64,000 nt of DNA from Gammaproteobacteria bacterium (GCA_021647245.1 JAKIVC010000001.1:76368-140367); one strand, 5' to 3'; positions 20,695-30,907 are shown, numbered from the stretch's first letter. Notes: generated by a model from the sequence alone, not told the origin. Made by a program: numbers and translations.

Positions 20695-22803
20695 CTATCC
20701 AATAGTGGCGATAATTTTAATCTGTTTATCATCCGGCACTTCATTATATGAGAGCACACTCACCCCTGGGATTGAGTGCTGCACAAATCGCGCCACTAAC
20801 GGGCGTATCGGCGCTGAGACAAGGAGAATAGCGGGCTTGCCCAATGACTCCTGGCGCTGGGTGTGCTCTTGCAGTGCACTGTGCAACTTATCAGCCATGC
20901 CTGGCTCTATCCCGCCCTCACCTGCCTGTTGTACCGAGCGTTGCAGTATCTGCTCCAGATTAGGCGCGAGTGTCATCACCTCCAGCTCAACCGCTGGCCC
21001 CGCAATATTTTGCAGGATGGCACGTCCCAACGATACGCGTACCACACCCGTCAAAAAGAGAGGGTCTTTGCTTTGCGGTGCGTAATCCGCCAAAGTTTCG
21101 GCGATCGTACGAATATCCCGAATAGTGACATTTTCAACCAGCAGGTTTTGCAACACCTTCAATACAGCCCCCAGTGGCAGCGCATTGGGCACCAGCTCCT
21201 CCACCAGTTTAGGCGCTTTTTTAGCCAGGTTGTCCAATAGATGTTGAACCTCTTCTCGACCGATCAACTCATGGGCGTGACGTTGCAATATATGGCTCAA
21301 ATGTGTCGCCACCACGGTACTGGGGTCGACCACGGTATATCCCAGTGTCTGTGCATTTTCTTTCTGTCCATCCTCGATCCAAACTGCCTCCAAGCCAAAG
21401 GCGGGATCCCGGCACTCAGCCCCTTGCAGGCTGCCATACACCTGCCCGGGGTTCAGTGCCAGATCACGATCAGGAAACACCTCATCTTCAGCAATTGTAA
21501 CGCCCATCAATATAAGACGATAAGCGTTCGGCGCAAGATCCAGGTTATCCCGAATATGTACCGGCGGAATCAAAAAGCCCAACTCTTGCGAGAGTTTTTT
21601 ACGGACACCTTTGATGCGCCCCATTAACTCGCCACCCTGGGATTTGTCCACCATGGGAATCAAGCGATAGCCAACCTCTAAGCCCACCAAATCGACTGGA
21701 GGTACATCGTCCCAGCCCAGCTCTTTCACCTCAGGCTCTGCCGCTACCGGCTCGACCGGCGAAACCGCAGCCTGCCCCGTGACACCCCCTCCCGCAAGGG
21801 CTACCTCTGACGACTGGGCGAGGCGCTGTTTAGCCCAATAAGCCGCACCACCACACAGCGCTGCCAAGCTTAAAAAAGCGATGTTAGGCATGCCCGGAAT
21901 GACCCCCATCACGACCATAATACCGGCCGTCACGGCTAACGCTCTGGGCTGCAATAGTTGGTCGGCCACCTGCCCGCCCATATCCTGCTCCGAGGAGACA
22001 CGGGTCACCACAATGGCGGCGGCGGTAGAGAGCAGCAGTGATGGAATTTGCGCCACCAGCCCGTCACCGATGGTCAGCAGGCTGAAGTTATGCACCGCCT
22101 CGCCAAAGGGCATATCATGCTGCGCCATACCAATTGCCAACCCACCAATCAGGGTGATGAATAGAATCATGATCGCCGCAATAGCATCACCACGGACAAA
22201 TTTGCTGGCACCATCCATGGAGCCATAAAAATCAGCCTCCTGCACCACTTCTGATCGACGCAATTTAGCGGTGTCGGCATCGATCATACCGGCATTCAGG
22301 TCAGCATCAATTGCCATCTGTTTGCCCGGCATGGAGTCAAGAGTAAAGCGTGCGCTCACTTCTGATATGCGCCCAGCACCTTTGGTAACCACCACGAAGT
22401 TGATAATCACCAATATGGCAAACACCACAATACCCACTGCGTAGTTACCACCGATAACAAACTCGCCAAACGCTTCAATCACATAGCCTGCGGCATCTGT
22501 TCCGGTATGACCTTCAAGCAAGACTATTCGAGTAGAGGCTACGTTAAGGGCCAGTCGCATCAGAGTCGCAATCAGCAAAACAGCCGGAAATACACCAAAA
22601 TCAAGCGGTCGCTTAACGTAGACGGCGGCAAGGAGAACCAACAGTGCCAGCGCAATATTGAAGGTAAATAGCGCATCCAGTATAAGCGGATGCATCGGTA
22701 TCACCACCATACCCAGCATTGCCAACATCAGCAGCGGCGCACCCAAGCCATTGCTCATTACCATTTTAAAGAATTGAGTGATTTTTTTTAACTCAAACAT
22801 CAA
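20695..22803 (-). CDS. flhA: Flagellar export apparatus protein FlhA
   Basis: 702 aa. N-terminal 8-TM region with the conserved FHIPxxxL-type FlhA motifs, then a large cytoplasmic domain. Confidence 0.95.
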   Translation of the reverse strand: MMFELKKITQFFKMVMSNGLGAPLLMLAMLGMVVIPMHPLILDALFTFNIALALLVLLAAVYVKRPLDFGVFPAVLLIATLMRLALNVASTRIVLLEGHTGTDAAGYVIEAFGEFVIGGNYAVGIVVFAILVIINFVVVTKGAGRISEVSARFTLDSMPGKQMAIDADLNAGMIDADTAKLRRSEVVQEADFYGSMDGASKFVRGDAIAAIMILFITLIGGLAIGMAQHDMPFGEAVHNFSLLTIGDGLVAQIPSLLLSTAAAIVVTRVSSEQDMGGQVADQLLQPRALAVTAGIMVVMGVIPGMPNIAFLSLAALCGGAAYWAKQRLAQSSEVALAGGGVTGQAAVSPVEPVAAEPEVKELGWDDVPPVDLVGLEVGYRLIPMVDKSQGGELMGRIKGVRKKLSQELGFLIPPVHIRDNLDLAPNAYRLILMGVTIAEDEVFPDRDLALNPGQVYGSLQGAECRDPAFGLEAVWIEDGQKENAQTLGYTVVDPSTVVATHLSHILQRHAHELIGREEVQHLLDNLAKKAPKLVEELVPNALPLGAVLKVLQNLLVENVTIRDIRTIAETLADYAPQSKDPLFLTGVVRVSLGRAILQNIAGPAVELEVMTLAPNLEQILQRSVQQAGEGGIEPGMADKLHSALQEHTQRQESLGKPAILLVSAPIRPLVARFVQHSIPGVSVLSYNEVPDDKQIKIIATIG

Positions 22804-22806
22804 CGA

Positions 22807-23943
22807 TCAATCTCTTCGTAAATCATCAGGAATAGGTAAGTCACTCTCTTTTAATGAGCTGGGCTTACCCCCTTGCTGTTTCTGATACAAGTCCACTTGG
22901 TAGACATAAGCCAAAATTTTGGCGACTGAAACATAGAGCCCTGCCGGAATTTCGGCTCCAATCTCAGCACTGTGATAAATGGCACGCGCCAGAGGTGGCG
23001 CCTCTACAATGGCCACGTCATGCTCCTTGGCAATCGCACGAATTTGCAGTGCAACCAGGTCAACCCCACTGGCAACAACCTTGGGAGCACCGCTCTCATT
23101 CTGGTTGTAACTAAGCGCTACCGCATAGTGATCCGGGTTGGTGATGACCACGTCAGCCGTTGGTACGTCTTGCATCATGCGCTGTTGGGCCGCTTCCATC
23201 TGCATCTGCCTAATCCGCCCTTTCATCTCAGGGCTACCCTCAGCCTGTTTCGTTTCATCCTTGATTTCTTGCATACTCATTTTCAGCTGCCGCTTGTGAT
23301 CCCATAACTGAAAAGGCACATCAAGGGCCGCAACCACCACCAGCGAGAGCACCAAAATAAGCATGACCCAAAAGAGGATATCCACAAAGTGTGCCATCCC
23401 CACTTCAACGGTCTGCATCCCCAGCTGGAGAAACTCCTCCAACTGGTTCCACAACAAGAGTCCAGCCACGGTTGCGATCAGAAAAAACTTGGCTAACGCT
23501 TTCACCAACTCCATCAACCCTTTGACACCAAACATTCTGCCAACGCCTTTGATCGGGTCCATTTTAGATGCCTTGAAGGCGAGTGATTTCACACTAAAAC
23601 TCCACCCTCCCAACATGATTGCCGAGAAGATGGCAACAATAGCGATCAATGCAAAAAAAGGCACCAGCATTAGCAAGGCATCCGTCAATACCTGCTTCAA
23701 CATCACCAATGGGGCTCTGCTGTCAAAAATCTCTTCGCGACTAATGTGCAGGGTGGCTCTGAAAATTGATGAAATCTCTTCAACAATGCCCGCACCTAAC
23801 AGGTGCAGCCCCAGCACACTGGCGATAAGAACCATCAGGGTATTTAATTCGCGGGATCGAGGAATTTGTCCTTTTTCGCGGGACTCTTGTAATCGTTTTG
23901 CGGTGGGTTCTTCGGTGCGTTCACCGCTGTCGTCCTGGGCCAT
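22807..23943 (-). CDS. flhB: Flagellar export apparatus protein FlhB
   Basis: 378 aa with 4 TM helices and the NPTH autocleavage-type C-terminal domain (VITNPDHYAVAL). Confidence 0.9.
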   Translation of the reverse strand: MAQDDSGERTEEPTAKRLQESREKGQIPRSRELNTLMVLIASVLGLHLLGAGIVEEISSIFRATLHISREEIFDSRAPLVMLKQVLTDALLMLVPFFALIAIVAIFSAIMLGGWSFSVKSLAFKASKMDPIKGVGRMFGVKGLMELVKALAKFFLIATVAGLLLWNQLEEFLQLGMQTVEVGMAHFVDILFWVMLILVLSLVVVAALDVPFQLWDHKRQLKMSMQEIKDETKQAEGSPEMKGRIRQMQMEAAQQRMMQDVPTADVVITNPDHYAVALSYNQNESGAPKVVASGVDLVALQIRAIAKEHDVAIVEAPPLARAIYHSAEIGAEIPAGLYVSVAKILAYVYQVDLYQKQQGGKPSSLKESDLPIPDDLRRD

Positions 23944-24719
23944 TAGGCACCGCCTAGCAGGCGACTAATGAGTTGGAAACCACTCATAAACATGTCATCA
24001 ATCTGCTCAATCAGACCGGGTAAAATGACGTAAATGATCATCAACCCCCAGATAAGGCTAATCGGGATACCCACTGCAAAAATATTAAACTGCGGCGCCG
24101 CACGGGTCATCACACCCAGCGTCAACGTGACAAACAGCAGCGCGGCAATGGCAGGCAGTGCCACCAAAACAGCACCTGAAAAAACCTCTTGTCCCCACAA
24201 GGCGATCCGCCAAAAGCCATCTGTTGAGATGCCTGAAGAGGAGATAGGGAGGGTGTAAAAGCTATTCGCCAACATTTCGATTAACAACAGGTGGCCATTT
24301 AGCGACAGGAATACCAGTGTGACGACAATCGAAAAAAACTGCCCCAAAACAGGAACGCTGGTACCCGATTGAGGGTCAATCATCATCGCAAAGCCAAGCC
24401 CCATCTGCATGGAGATCACCTGTGCAGCGACCAGAAAAACGGCAAACACCAGGTGCAACACAAAGCCCATCGCAACGCCGATTAAAATCTGCTGAAAAAT
24501 GATAAAAATTGCTTCTATAGAGAGGGGGTCAACCTGGGGAACAGCGGGTACCAGCGGCGCTATGATCAGCGTTAAAACCAGAGCAAAGCCGAGGCGCACC
24601 TGCTTTGGCACTGTTTTTGTGCCGATCAAAGGCATCGCCATCAACATCGCGCCAATACGAAAAAAGGGCCATAGATAAGCACCCACCATGGCGGTTAACT
24701 CTGGCGTCGTAAAGTGCAC
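23943..24719 (-). CDS. fliR: Flagellar export apparatus protein FliR
   Basis: 258-aa polytopic membrane protein in the fliPQR order. Confidence 0.9.
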   Translation of the reverse strand: MHFTTPELTAMVGAYLWPFFRIGAMLMAMPLIGTKTVPKQVRLGFALVLTLIIAPLVPAVPQVDPLSIEAIFIIFQQILIGVAMGFVLHLVFAVFLVAAQVISMQMGLGFAMMIDPQSGTSVPVLGQFFSIVVTLVFLSLNGHLLLIEMLANSFYTLPISSSGISTDGFWRIALWGQEVFSGAVLVALPAIAALLFVTLTLGVMTRAAPQFNIFAVGIPISLIWGLMIIYVILPGLIEQIDDMFMSGFQLISRLLGGA

Positions 24720-24724
24720 GCTAT

Positions 24725-24994
24725 CTAACCAATCATCGAGGGGATACTCATGAACAGGCCACGCGTATAATCAACTAACAGATTTAACAGCCATGGCCCG
24801 GCAAAGAGTAGCACCCCAAAAGTGAAGATCAATTTGGGCACAAAGCTGAGTGTCATCTCATTGATCTGTGTCGCGGCTTGAAAAACAGCAACCAATAAAC
24901 CGATAATCAATCCTGGCAGCAACAGCACCAGCGCCATCAGCACTGCTACTTCAATGGCATGCCGGGCAATGGTTAGAACCGTTTCTGAAGTCAT
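24725..24994 (-). CDS. fliQ: Flagellar export apparatus protein FliQ
   Basis: 89 aa with two TM helices, between fliP and fliR. Confidence 0.9.
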   Translation of the reverse strand: MTSETVLTIARHAIEVAVLMALVLLLPGLIIGLLVAVFQAATQINEMTLSFVPKLIFTFGVLLFAGPWLLNLLVDYTRGLFMSIPSMIG

Positions 24995-25003
24995 ATCTCC
25001 CTC

Positions 25004-25774
25004 CTACATATAGAAGCTTGATGCCAGGGTGCCCATAATCAGAACCCAGCCGTCAACCAAGACAAACAGCATCAATTTAAAGGGCAGTGAGATCATCATG
25101 GGTGAGAGCATCATCATGCCCATGGCCATTAACACACTGGCAACAACCAGATCGATAATTAGAAAAGGCAGGAAAATCATAAAGCCGATCTGAAATGCCG
25201 TTTTCAACTCACTGGTCACAAATGAAGGCAACAGCAATGTAAAAGGAATCTCTTCCGGAGAGGCGATATACTCGGTGCCTGATATTTTCGCAAACACCTC
25301 CAGATCATTATCCCTCGTCTGGTTTAGCATAAACTCACGAAACGGGCCGCTCCCGGCCACAACTGCATCCTGAAGGCTCATCTCATCTGCGAGGTAGGGC
25401 TGCACGGCCATCTCATTCACCTTTTCAAATACCGGTGCCATCACAAACAGCGTGAGAAACAGTGCCAGGCCAATCAAAATCTGATTCGAGGGTGACTGTG
25501 CCAGCCCGATGGCATGGCGCAATACCGCCAATACAATAATAATCCGCGTGAAAGAGGTCATCATGATCAGCGCTGCGGGCAGCAGGCTGAGCATGGTCAT
25601 CAAAAAGAGAATTTGCAGTGTTGCGGAGTAGGTTTTCGAACCGTCGGGATTATCCGTCACGGTCACTGCCGGCAGCACACCGTCAGCGGCCATGGAGAGT
25701 GTTGGCCACAGCATTAACAGGAGTACCACCGCGGCCAAAACAAAGGATGGGCTATTTTTCTGTAGAAGCTTCAT
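25004..25774 (-). CDS. fliP: Flagellar export apparatus protein FliP
   Basis: 256 aa with a signal peptide and conserved FliP core ([11 protein letters not shown]...[19 protein letters not shown]). Confidence 0.95.
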   Translation of the reverse strand: MKLLQKNSPSFVLAAVVLLLMLWPTLSMAADGVLPAVTVTDNPDGSKTYSATLQILFLMTMLSLLPAALIMMTSFTRIIIVLAVLRHAIGLAQSPSNQILIGLALFLTLFVMAPVFEKVNEMAVQPYLADEMSLQDAVVAGSGPFREFMLNQTRDNDLEVFAKISGTEYIASPEEIPFTLLLPSFVTSELKTAFQIGFMIFLPFLIIDLVVASVLMAMGMMMLSPMMISLPFKLMLFVLVDGWVLIMGTLASSFYM

Positions 25775-26231
25775 TCACCACTCGCCCGTTACGTTGTTTT
25801 TTCAAAACCGCTGCAAACTTTTCTGCTATCGGTTTGCCCATACTGCCAAGATCGACCGGAGGAAGTGATTCATCTAATACATGCAGTGTGCGAATATTGC
25901 CTGGGGCGATACCAATCAATAGCTGTTGCTCACCCACCTGAACCAAAACGATACGCTCACGCGCCCCCACGGCCAGACCACCGACAACTTTCAGCTGATC
26001 GGTATAACCCCCCTGCCAGCGGCCAAAGCGCTTAAACAACCAGGCGCTAGCGATGATGAGAAAGAGAACAACAAACAGCCCCAGAACTAACCGTATCGCA
26101 CTGCCAACATCCAACACACCTGTTTGAGCCGTGGCCGTGGCCGCTGCATCGGCACTGCTCACCTCACCCCCGGCCATCACCAGCAGTGGAAAAAGGGCCA
26201 ATATAAGCACTATAAATAGAGTTTTAAACAT
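25752..26231 (-). CDS. fliO: Flagellar protein FliO
   Basis: 159-aa single-TM protein immediately upstream of fliP, overlapping it by 23 nt. Confidence 0.7.
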   Translation of the reverse strand: MFKTLFIVLILALFPLLVMAGGEVSSADAAATATAQTGVLDVGSAIRLVLGLFVVLFLIIASAWLFKRFGRWQGGYTDQLKVVGGLAVGARERIVLVQVGEQQLLIGIAPGNIRTLHVLDESLPPVDLGSMGKPIAEKFAAVLKKQRNGRVVNEASTEK

Positions 26232-26232
26232 A

Positions 26233-26706
26233 TTATTTCAGGCGTTTGATGCGCTCTGTGGCGCTGATGACATCGGTTAGACGGATACCAAATTTCTCAT
26301 TAACCACCACCACCTCTCCGTGCGCAATGAGTGTGCCATTAACCATCACATCGAGGGGTTCACCCGCCAGTCTGTCCAGCTCGACAACCGAGCCTTGGGT
26401 GAGCTGTAAAAGGTTACGAATGCTGATTTTGGTGCGCCCGATCTCCATTGAAATATCAACCGGAATATCCAGAATCATATCAAGATTCACATCGCCCTCC
26501 GCAGAGGCGAAAGTTGAGTTTTCTGACATCTCCTGTAGCGGTGCCACTTCGGCCTCAGCCTGCTCGTTTAAAGCATCAGCCCAGGCATCACCCGCTTCAA
26601 CATCTGCTGCACCTGCGGCATCACCACTCTCGCCGGTCTGCTCATCAAGGGCTGCCGCCCAAGAGTCGGCCATCTCATCCTGGTTTTTTTCATCACTCAT
26701 CGGCAT
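26233..26706 (-). CDS. fliN: Flagellar motor switch protein FliN
   Basis: C-terminal SpoA/FliN domain LDMILDIPVDISMEIGRTKISIRNLLQLTQGSVVELD. Confidence 0.9.
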   Translation of the reverse strand: MPMSDEKNQDEMADSWAAALDEQTGESGDAAGAADVEAGDAWADALNEQAEAEVAPLQEMSENSTFASAEGDVNLDMILDIPVDISMEIGRTKISIRNLLQLTQGSVVELDRLAGEPLDVMVNGTLIAHGEVVVVNEKFGIRLTDVISATERIKRLK

Positions 26707-27706
26707 CGCCTCCTATGGTTAGGCTCGGTTTCTGTTCAGAGCGAACGATAATCTCATCGACCTTCAGGCACGCATTACCTTTATGACTGCCATATTGGCC
26801 ACGAAACATGGGTAAGCCTTCAATATATCCGGTTAATGACTCCGGCATCTCAATGGGAATAACATCACCCGCTTGCAACTTAACAACATCCCGCAACGAC
26901 ATCGTTGCCCGAGTCAGAGGGCAGTCAACCTCCACCAGGGCATCCTGAACACCCTCACGCAGTGCATCAGTCCAGCGGTCGTCCCTCTCTGAACGATCAC
27001 TCTGGACACCCGCATCCAATAGCTCTCGAATCGGCTCCAACATTGAGTAAGGCATGGTAATGTGGAAATCACCTCCCCCGCCCTCCAGTTCTACATGGAA
27101 TTTACTCACCACCACCACCTCGGTAGGACTTACAATGTTGGCAAACTGCGGATTAACTTCTGTGCTCTGATACTCAAACTCTACCTCCATCGCCAACGCC
27201 CAGGATTTCTGCATATCCTTGAAGGCCTCTTGCAACAACATATGGGTAATACGCTGCTCTGTCGGTGTAAACTCCCGCCCCTCAATTCGCGCATGAAAAC
27301 GCCCTTCACCGCCAAAAAAGTTATCCACCAAAATAAAAACCAACTTAGGGTCAATAACGAATAGCGCGGTTCCACGCAGCGGCTTTACTTTGATCATATT
27401 CAAACTGGTCGGAACATAAAGAGTGTGGACATATTCACCAAACTTAATCATTTCGACACCACTGGTGGTGATCTCCGGCGAACGGCGCAACATGTTAAAA
27501 ATACTAAAACGAAAGAAACGGGCAAAACGTTCGTTAATCATCTCCAGGGTTGGCATCCGCCCCCGAACGATACGATCCTGTGAGGTAAAGTCGTAGCTAT
27601 GGGGCTGGCCATCATCGGCCATATTATCTGTCTCGACATCCCCATCATCTACGCCGTGTAACAGCGCATCGATTTCGTCTTGCGAGAGTAAGTCGTTAGC
27701 TGACAT
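26693..27706 (-). CDS. fliM: Flagellar motor switch protein FliM
   Basis: 337 aa with an N-terminal LSQDEIDALL CheY-P binding motif and a middle FliM domain. Confidence 0.9.
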   Translation of the reverse strand: MSANDLLSQDEIDALLHGVDDGDVETDNMADDGQPHSYDFTSQDRIVRGRMPTLEMINERFARFFRFSIFNMLRRSPEITTSGVEMIKFGEYVHTLYVPTSLNMIKVKPLRGTALFVIDPKLVFILVDNFFGGEGRFHARIEGREFTPTEQRITHMLLQEAFKDMQKSWALAMEVEFEYQSTEVNPQFANIVSPTEVVVVSKFHVELEGGGGDFHITMPYSMLEPIRELLDAGVQSDRSERDDRWTDALREGVQDALVEVDCPLTRATMSLRDVVKLQAGDVIPIEMPESLTGYIEGLPMFRGQYGSHKGNACLKVDEIIVRSEQKPSLTIGGDADE

Positions 27707-27715
27707 GGTACCTTC

Positions 27716-28255
27716 CTACTGCATCACCAAGCTGGTCAAATAGAGATCTTCAACGGCGGAGTGACCCACTTCACGCTCAAGAATGACCTGAACCTCAGTT
27801 AACGCCTGCTGGCGCAACTGCTCTTTCCCCTCCACCGTGCTCAGCACGTCATAACTTTGGCTGCTTAAAATCAACAACATTGCGTTGCGAATGGCTGGCA
27901 TGTGATGCATCGCATCCTCCAGCGCCGACTCGTCATGCCCCACAATCTCCATCGTCACCTGCAGGAAGCGTGCTTTTCCCTGCCCATCAAAATTAACCAC
28001 AAAAGGTGGCTCAACCTTCATATAAACCGCAGGCCCTTTTGGCTCTTCTTCGGTGCTTGTTTCAACCTGCTCCGCCGAAACCTGTGCAGACTCCCCCTGT
28101 TGTGCCGGAATAACACCTAACGCCCACAAGGTACCCACCAGGGTACCCACCAGCGCTAACATCCCGACCAGCACCAGAACGGCGATTAAAATAATCTTTT
28201 TGCTACCGCCTTTTGCGCCTTTATCTGCCAAATCAAGCTCTTCTGGCTTTGCCAT
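27716..28255 (-). CDS. fliL: Flagellar basal-body-associated protein FliL
   Basis: 179 aa with a single TM helix near the N-terminus. First gene of the fliL-R operon. Confidence 0.8.
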   Translation of the reverse strand: MAKPEELDLADKGAKGGSKKIILIAVLVLVGMLALVGTLVGTLWALGVIPAQQGESAQVSAEQVETSTEEEPKGPAVYMKVEPPFVVNFDGQGKARFLQVTMEIVGHDESALEDAMHHMPAIRNAMLLILSSQSYDVLSTVEGKEQLRQQALTEVQVILEREVGHSAVEDLYLTSLVMQ

Positions 28256-28286
28256 AACTCACTCTCCATTAAACTTGCGACACAAA

Positions 28287-28305
28287 ATGCAAATTTTGCG
28301 CCCAC
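28287..28305 (-). promoter_or_regulatory. Candidate sigma-54 (RpoN) promoter of the fliLMNOPQR operon
   Basis: The minus strand reads GTGGGCGCAAAATTTGCAT, i.e. GGCGCA-N4-TTGC. The GG-N10-GC spacing is exactly as in the TGGCACG-N4-TTGCW consensus. It lies about 30-50 nt upstream of the fliL start. Class III flagellar operons in Pseudomonas/Vibrio are sigma-54-dependent. Confidence 0.4.
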
Positions 28306-28598
28306 TTTTTATTTATCGTACAAAAACAAATAGATACAGAAAGACAACCACGGTCATCACCCTTCACACCCCACCTTAACCCACCCGCAAAACAGTGGGT
28401 GTTATTTTTTTGACACAACCACAACCTGAAACCAAGCCCGAATAATTCATAAATTATGTACAATTTAACGTGTCTGAGGTCTTTGTACAAACCCATGAAA
28501 TAGCTAGGCAAGTATTACATTCGATCTTGGGTGATAAAAGGTATTTTTTCATGTAAAAGAGGGTATTACGGTGGGCCGCATGCTACTGAAACAACTCT

Positions 28599-30818
28599 TC
28601 AGTGAGTAGTTTTGCCATCAACAGGTGTAGAGATGATGCTTCGATTTCTCCCCGAACTTTTAGCCTGATAGAGTGCCGAGTCAGCATCAGCCAGCACTTT
28701 CTCGATCTCTTTTTGATGTGCCGATGACCACTCAACTATGCCGATACTGACCGTTACCGAAGCCTCTGCGCCATTCACAGGAATCGATAATTTACTGACC
28801 GCTATACGTATCCGCTCAGCCAGCTCGTAAGCTTGTCTGGCGTTTGTCTCTGGCAGCAGAATAGCAAACTCCTCTCCTCCGACGCGGGCCAGAATATCAA
28901 TCTCTCGAATAGTGCGATAACAGGTGTTGCAAAACTCCTTAAGAACAGTATCACCGCCCCCATGCCCGTACAGATCATTTATTTTTTTAAAATGATCAAG
29001 GTCAATCATCATCAAGGAGAAGGGCCGACCATAACGCCACGCCATCTCAATCTCATATTGAGCGCGTTTATTGAATTCACGCCGGTTCAATACACCGGTT
29101 AGAGGATCAATTGACGAGAGCGCTCTATAATGCTCCCGCTCCCTGATCTTTATTTTCAAGTTAAAATCCTGCCGCCGAGAGTGAACGGTTTCGGCAATAT
29201 CAGCCCGCAGAAGATTGATACGGCAAGCCTCATAGGCATCAACCATTTCACCCAGCTCATCTTTTGCAAATTTATCGAAAAAATGAAAATCTCGATACCC
29301 CAGCGCCAAACGTTTCATGGCTCTGGTAACACGGTGTACAGGGGAGATAATACTGTAACTCAACAACCAGGATGAGCATGAGATAAGCGCCAAAATAACC
29401 AAGAGCCCAAAAGCATAGTAACTGAGCCTTGCTGTCAATATTTGAATTTTATGATGAATACGAGATTCAACATCTGCTGCCAGCTGATCGGCGATCACTT
29501 TCAACTTATTTAGCTTGTTCGACATCACTTCAAACCACCGCTGGCTACTCAGGTGAGTGAGCTGGCCATCAGCCGCCGCTTGGTATATCTGTACCTGATA
29601 AGATTGCACGGCTGCCGCTTCGAGCTGATACGGCGCGAGAAGCGTCTCTCGCTGCTTGCTGGTTAACAGCTGCTCAATCAAGTGTTGGATGCCGCGTTGC
29701 TCACCTGACAGACGGGCAAAAACCGTGTGATCCTCTTCACTAAAGTGCACTGCGTCGATGACCTCAACCCCCAAATCACGCTGCAATGCCCCCGACTCCC
29801 GAAGGCGCAACACCGAGGTAAAAGCGGCCATTTTCAAGGCGATATTAGAGGCCACTTCGAGTTGCAATAGGGTGCTCGGAAGATCAAGAAAATCAGCAAT
29901 CAGCAGGGTGTAAAACTGTTTAACGTCACCCTCCGCAACCATTTTTTCATCTACTTTTTCACGCCATCGTTTCAGCTGCAGTAGCTGTTGCCAGGCTTGC
30001 TCAATGGGCCGTAAAACATCCACCCCAAGGGTTACAGCATAACTACGCTGCAACTCATCATTAAACCGTACAATATGCTGGTCACTGAGACGCCGCTGGT
30101 CGGCAAGTTTATTAAAATAGTAGTCGTTTTCAGAGGCTATATAGCCTACGGAGAGGCCTCGCTCGGTTTGTAAGTGATGTGTAAGCTCATTGACTGTCTG
30201 CAATAGCTTATTTTTCACCAGAAGCGATTTCATATCACCTAGCTGTTGATAACCGGAAAAAAGGATAAATAGGCTCAACAGCAATATGCCACCAATGGGG
30301 ATCAATGCAGCCAATAATATTCGCTGTCTAAGCGGAATATTGCGCCCAAGCCAGATAGCAAAACCCTTTAATCCAGTTAACTGTCTGGCCTGGTAATCAC
30401 TCAAGCCACACTCATAAGCGGGCAAGGAGAAACGCATATCTTCAATTAGGATGTGGTTGGTTAACCAGTTGAATAGAAATAAGTTAACCTCTTCTGCGAC
30501 CGCAATGGAGTAGTTCTCCTGCAGTGTCACTTTGAATTCAGATATTTTTTCTATAAATTTTTGGTGTTGTTTTCTGTGGGGAACCAGACGAGCATAATTA
30601 AACGCTGCCATCAGCGCCTCTTCCCGAGAGAAGTGCTCTTTTACATAAAGCTCAAGGCGCTCGAATATCTCCAGAACCACTTCATCAGCATCATTGTTAT
30701 CAATGGCATCTGATAGTCGGGCGACCATATCAATCAGCATCTTATGTTCGTTATCGATAACATCGATACCGACACTCATACCGCTATTCCACTCAAGACG
30801 ATACTTTTTTCTCTGCAT
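28599..30818 (-). CDS. Multi-sensor diguanylate cyclase with architecture hemerythrin - TM - NIT domain - TM - GGDEF
   Basis: N-terminus has the bacteriohemerythrin motifs (W..GIDVIDNEHKML...HFSREEALM...H..H..F...WLTNHILIEDMRF). The NIT nitrate/nitrite-sensing hallmark LQTERGLSVGY lies between two TM segments. The C-terminal GGDEF domain has the active GGEEF motif and an RxxD I-site (REID). Confidence 0.85.
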   Translation of the reverse strand: MQRKKYRLEWNSGMSVGIDVIDNEHKMLIDMVARLSDAIDNNDADEVVLEIFERLELYVKEHFSREEALMAAFNYARLVPHRKQHQKFIEKISEFKVTLQENYSIAVAEEVNLFLFNWLTNHILIEDMRFSLPAYECGLSDYQARQLTGLKGFAIWLGRNIPLRQRILLAALIPIGGILLLSLFILFSGYQQLGDMKSLLVKNKLLQTVNELTHHLQTERGLSVGYIASENDYYFNKLADQRRLSDQHIVRFNDELQRSYAVTLGVDVLRPIEQAWQQLLQLKRWREKVDEKMVAEGDVKQFYTLLIADFLDLPSTLLQLEVASNIALKMAAFTSVLRLRESGALQRDLGVEVIDAVHFSEEDHTVFARLSGEQRGIQHLIEQLLTSKQRETLLAPYQLEAAAVQSYQVQIYQAAADGQLTHLSSQRWFEVMSNKLNKLKVIADQLAADVESRIHHKIQILTARLSYYAFGLLVILALISCSSWLLSYSIISPVHRVTRAMKRLALGYRDFHFFDKFAKDELGEMVDAYEACRINLLRADIAETVHSRRQDFNLKIKIREREHYRALSSIDPLTGVLNRREFNKRAQYEIEMAWRYGRPFSLMMIDLDHFKKINDLYGHGGGDTVLKEFCNTCYRTIREIDILARVGGEEFAILLPETNARQAYELAERIRIAVSKLSIPVNGAEASVTVSIGIVEWSSAHQKEIEKVLADADSALYQAKSSGRNRSIISTPVDGKTTH

Positions 30819-30883
30819 AGACGAAAAGTATAGATTATAAAAGGATAGCCGCCATGTCCCCTATCACAAATTTTAAATATAAT

Positions 30884-30907
30884 GAGGCCTTCTGGTGCAA
30901 AGGCCTC
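30884..30907 (-). terminator. Possible terminator of the hcp operon
   Basis: Hairpin GAGGCC-(12 nt)-GGCCTC lies 60 nt downstream of the asrB-like stop and is followed on the minus strand by an A/U-rich stretch. Confidence 0.3.
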
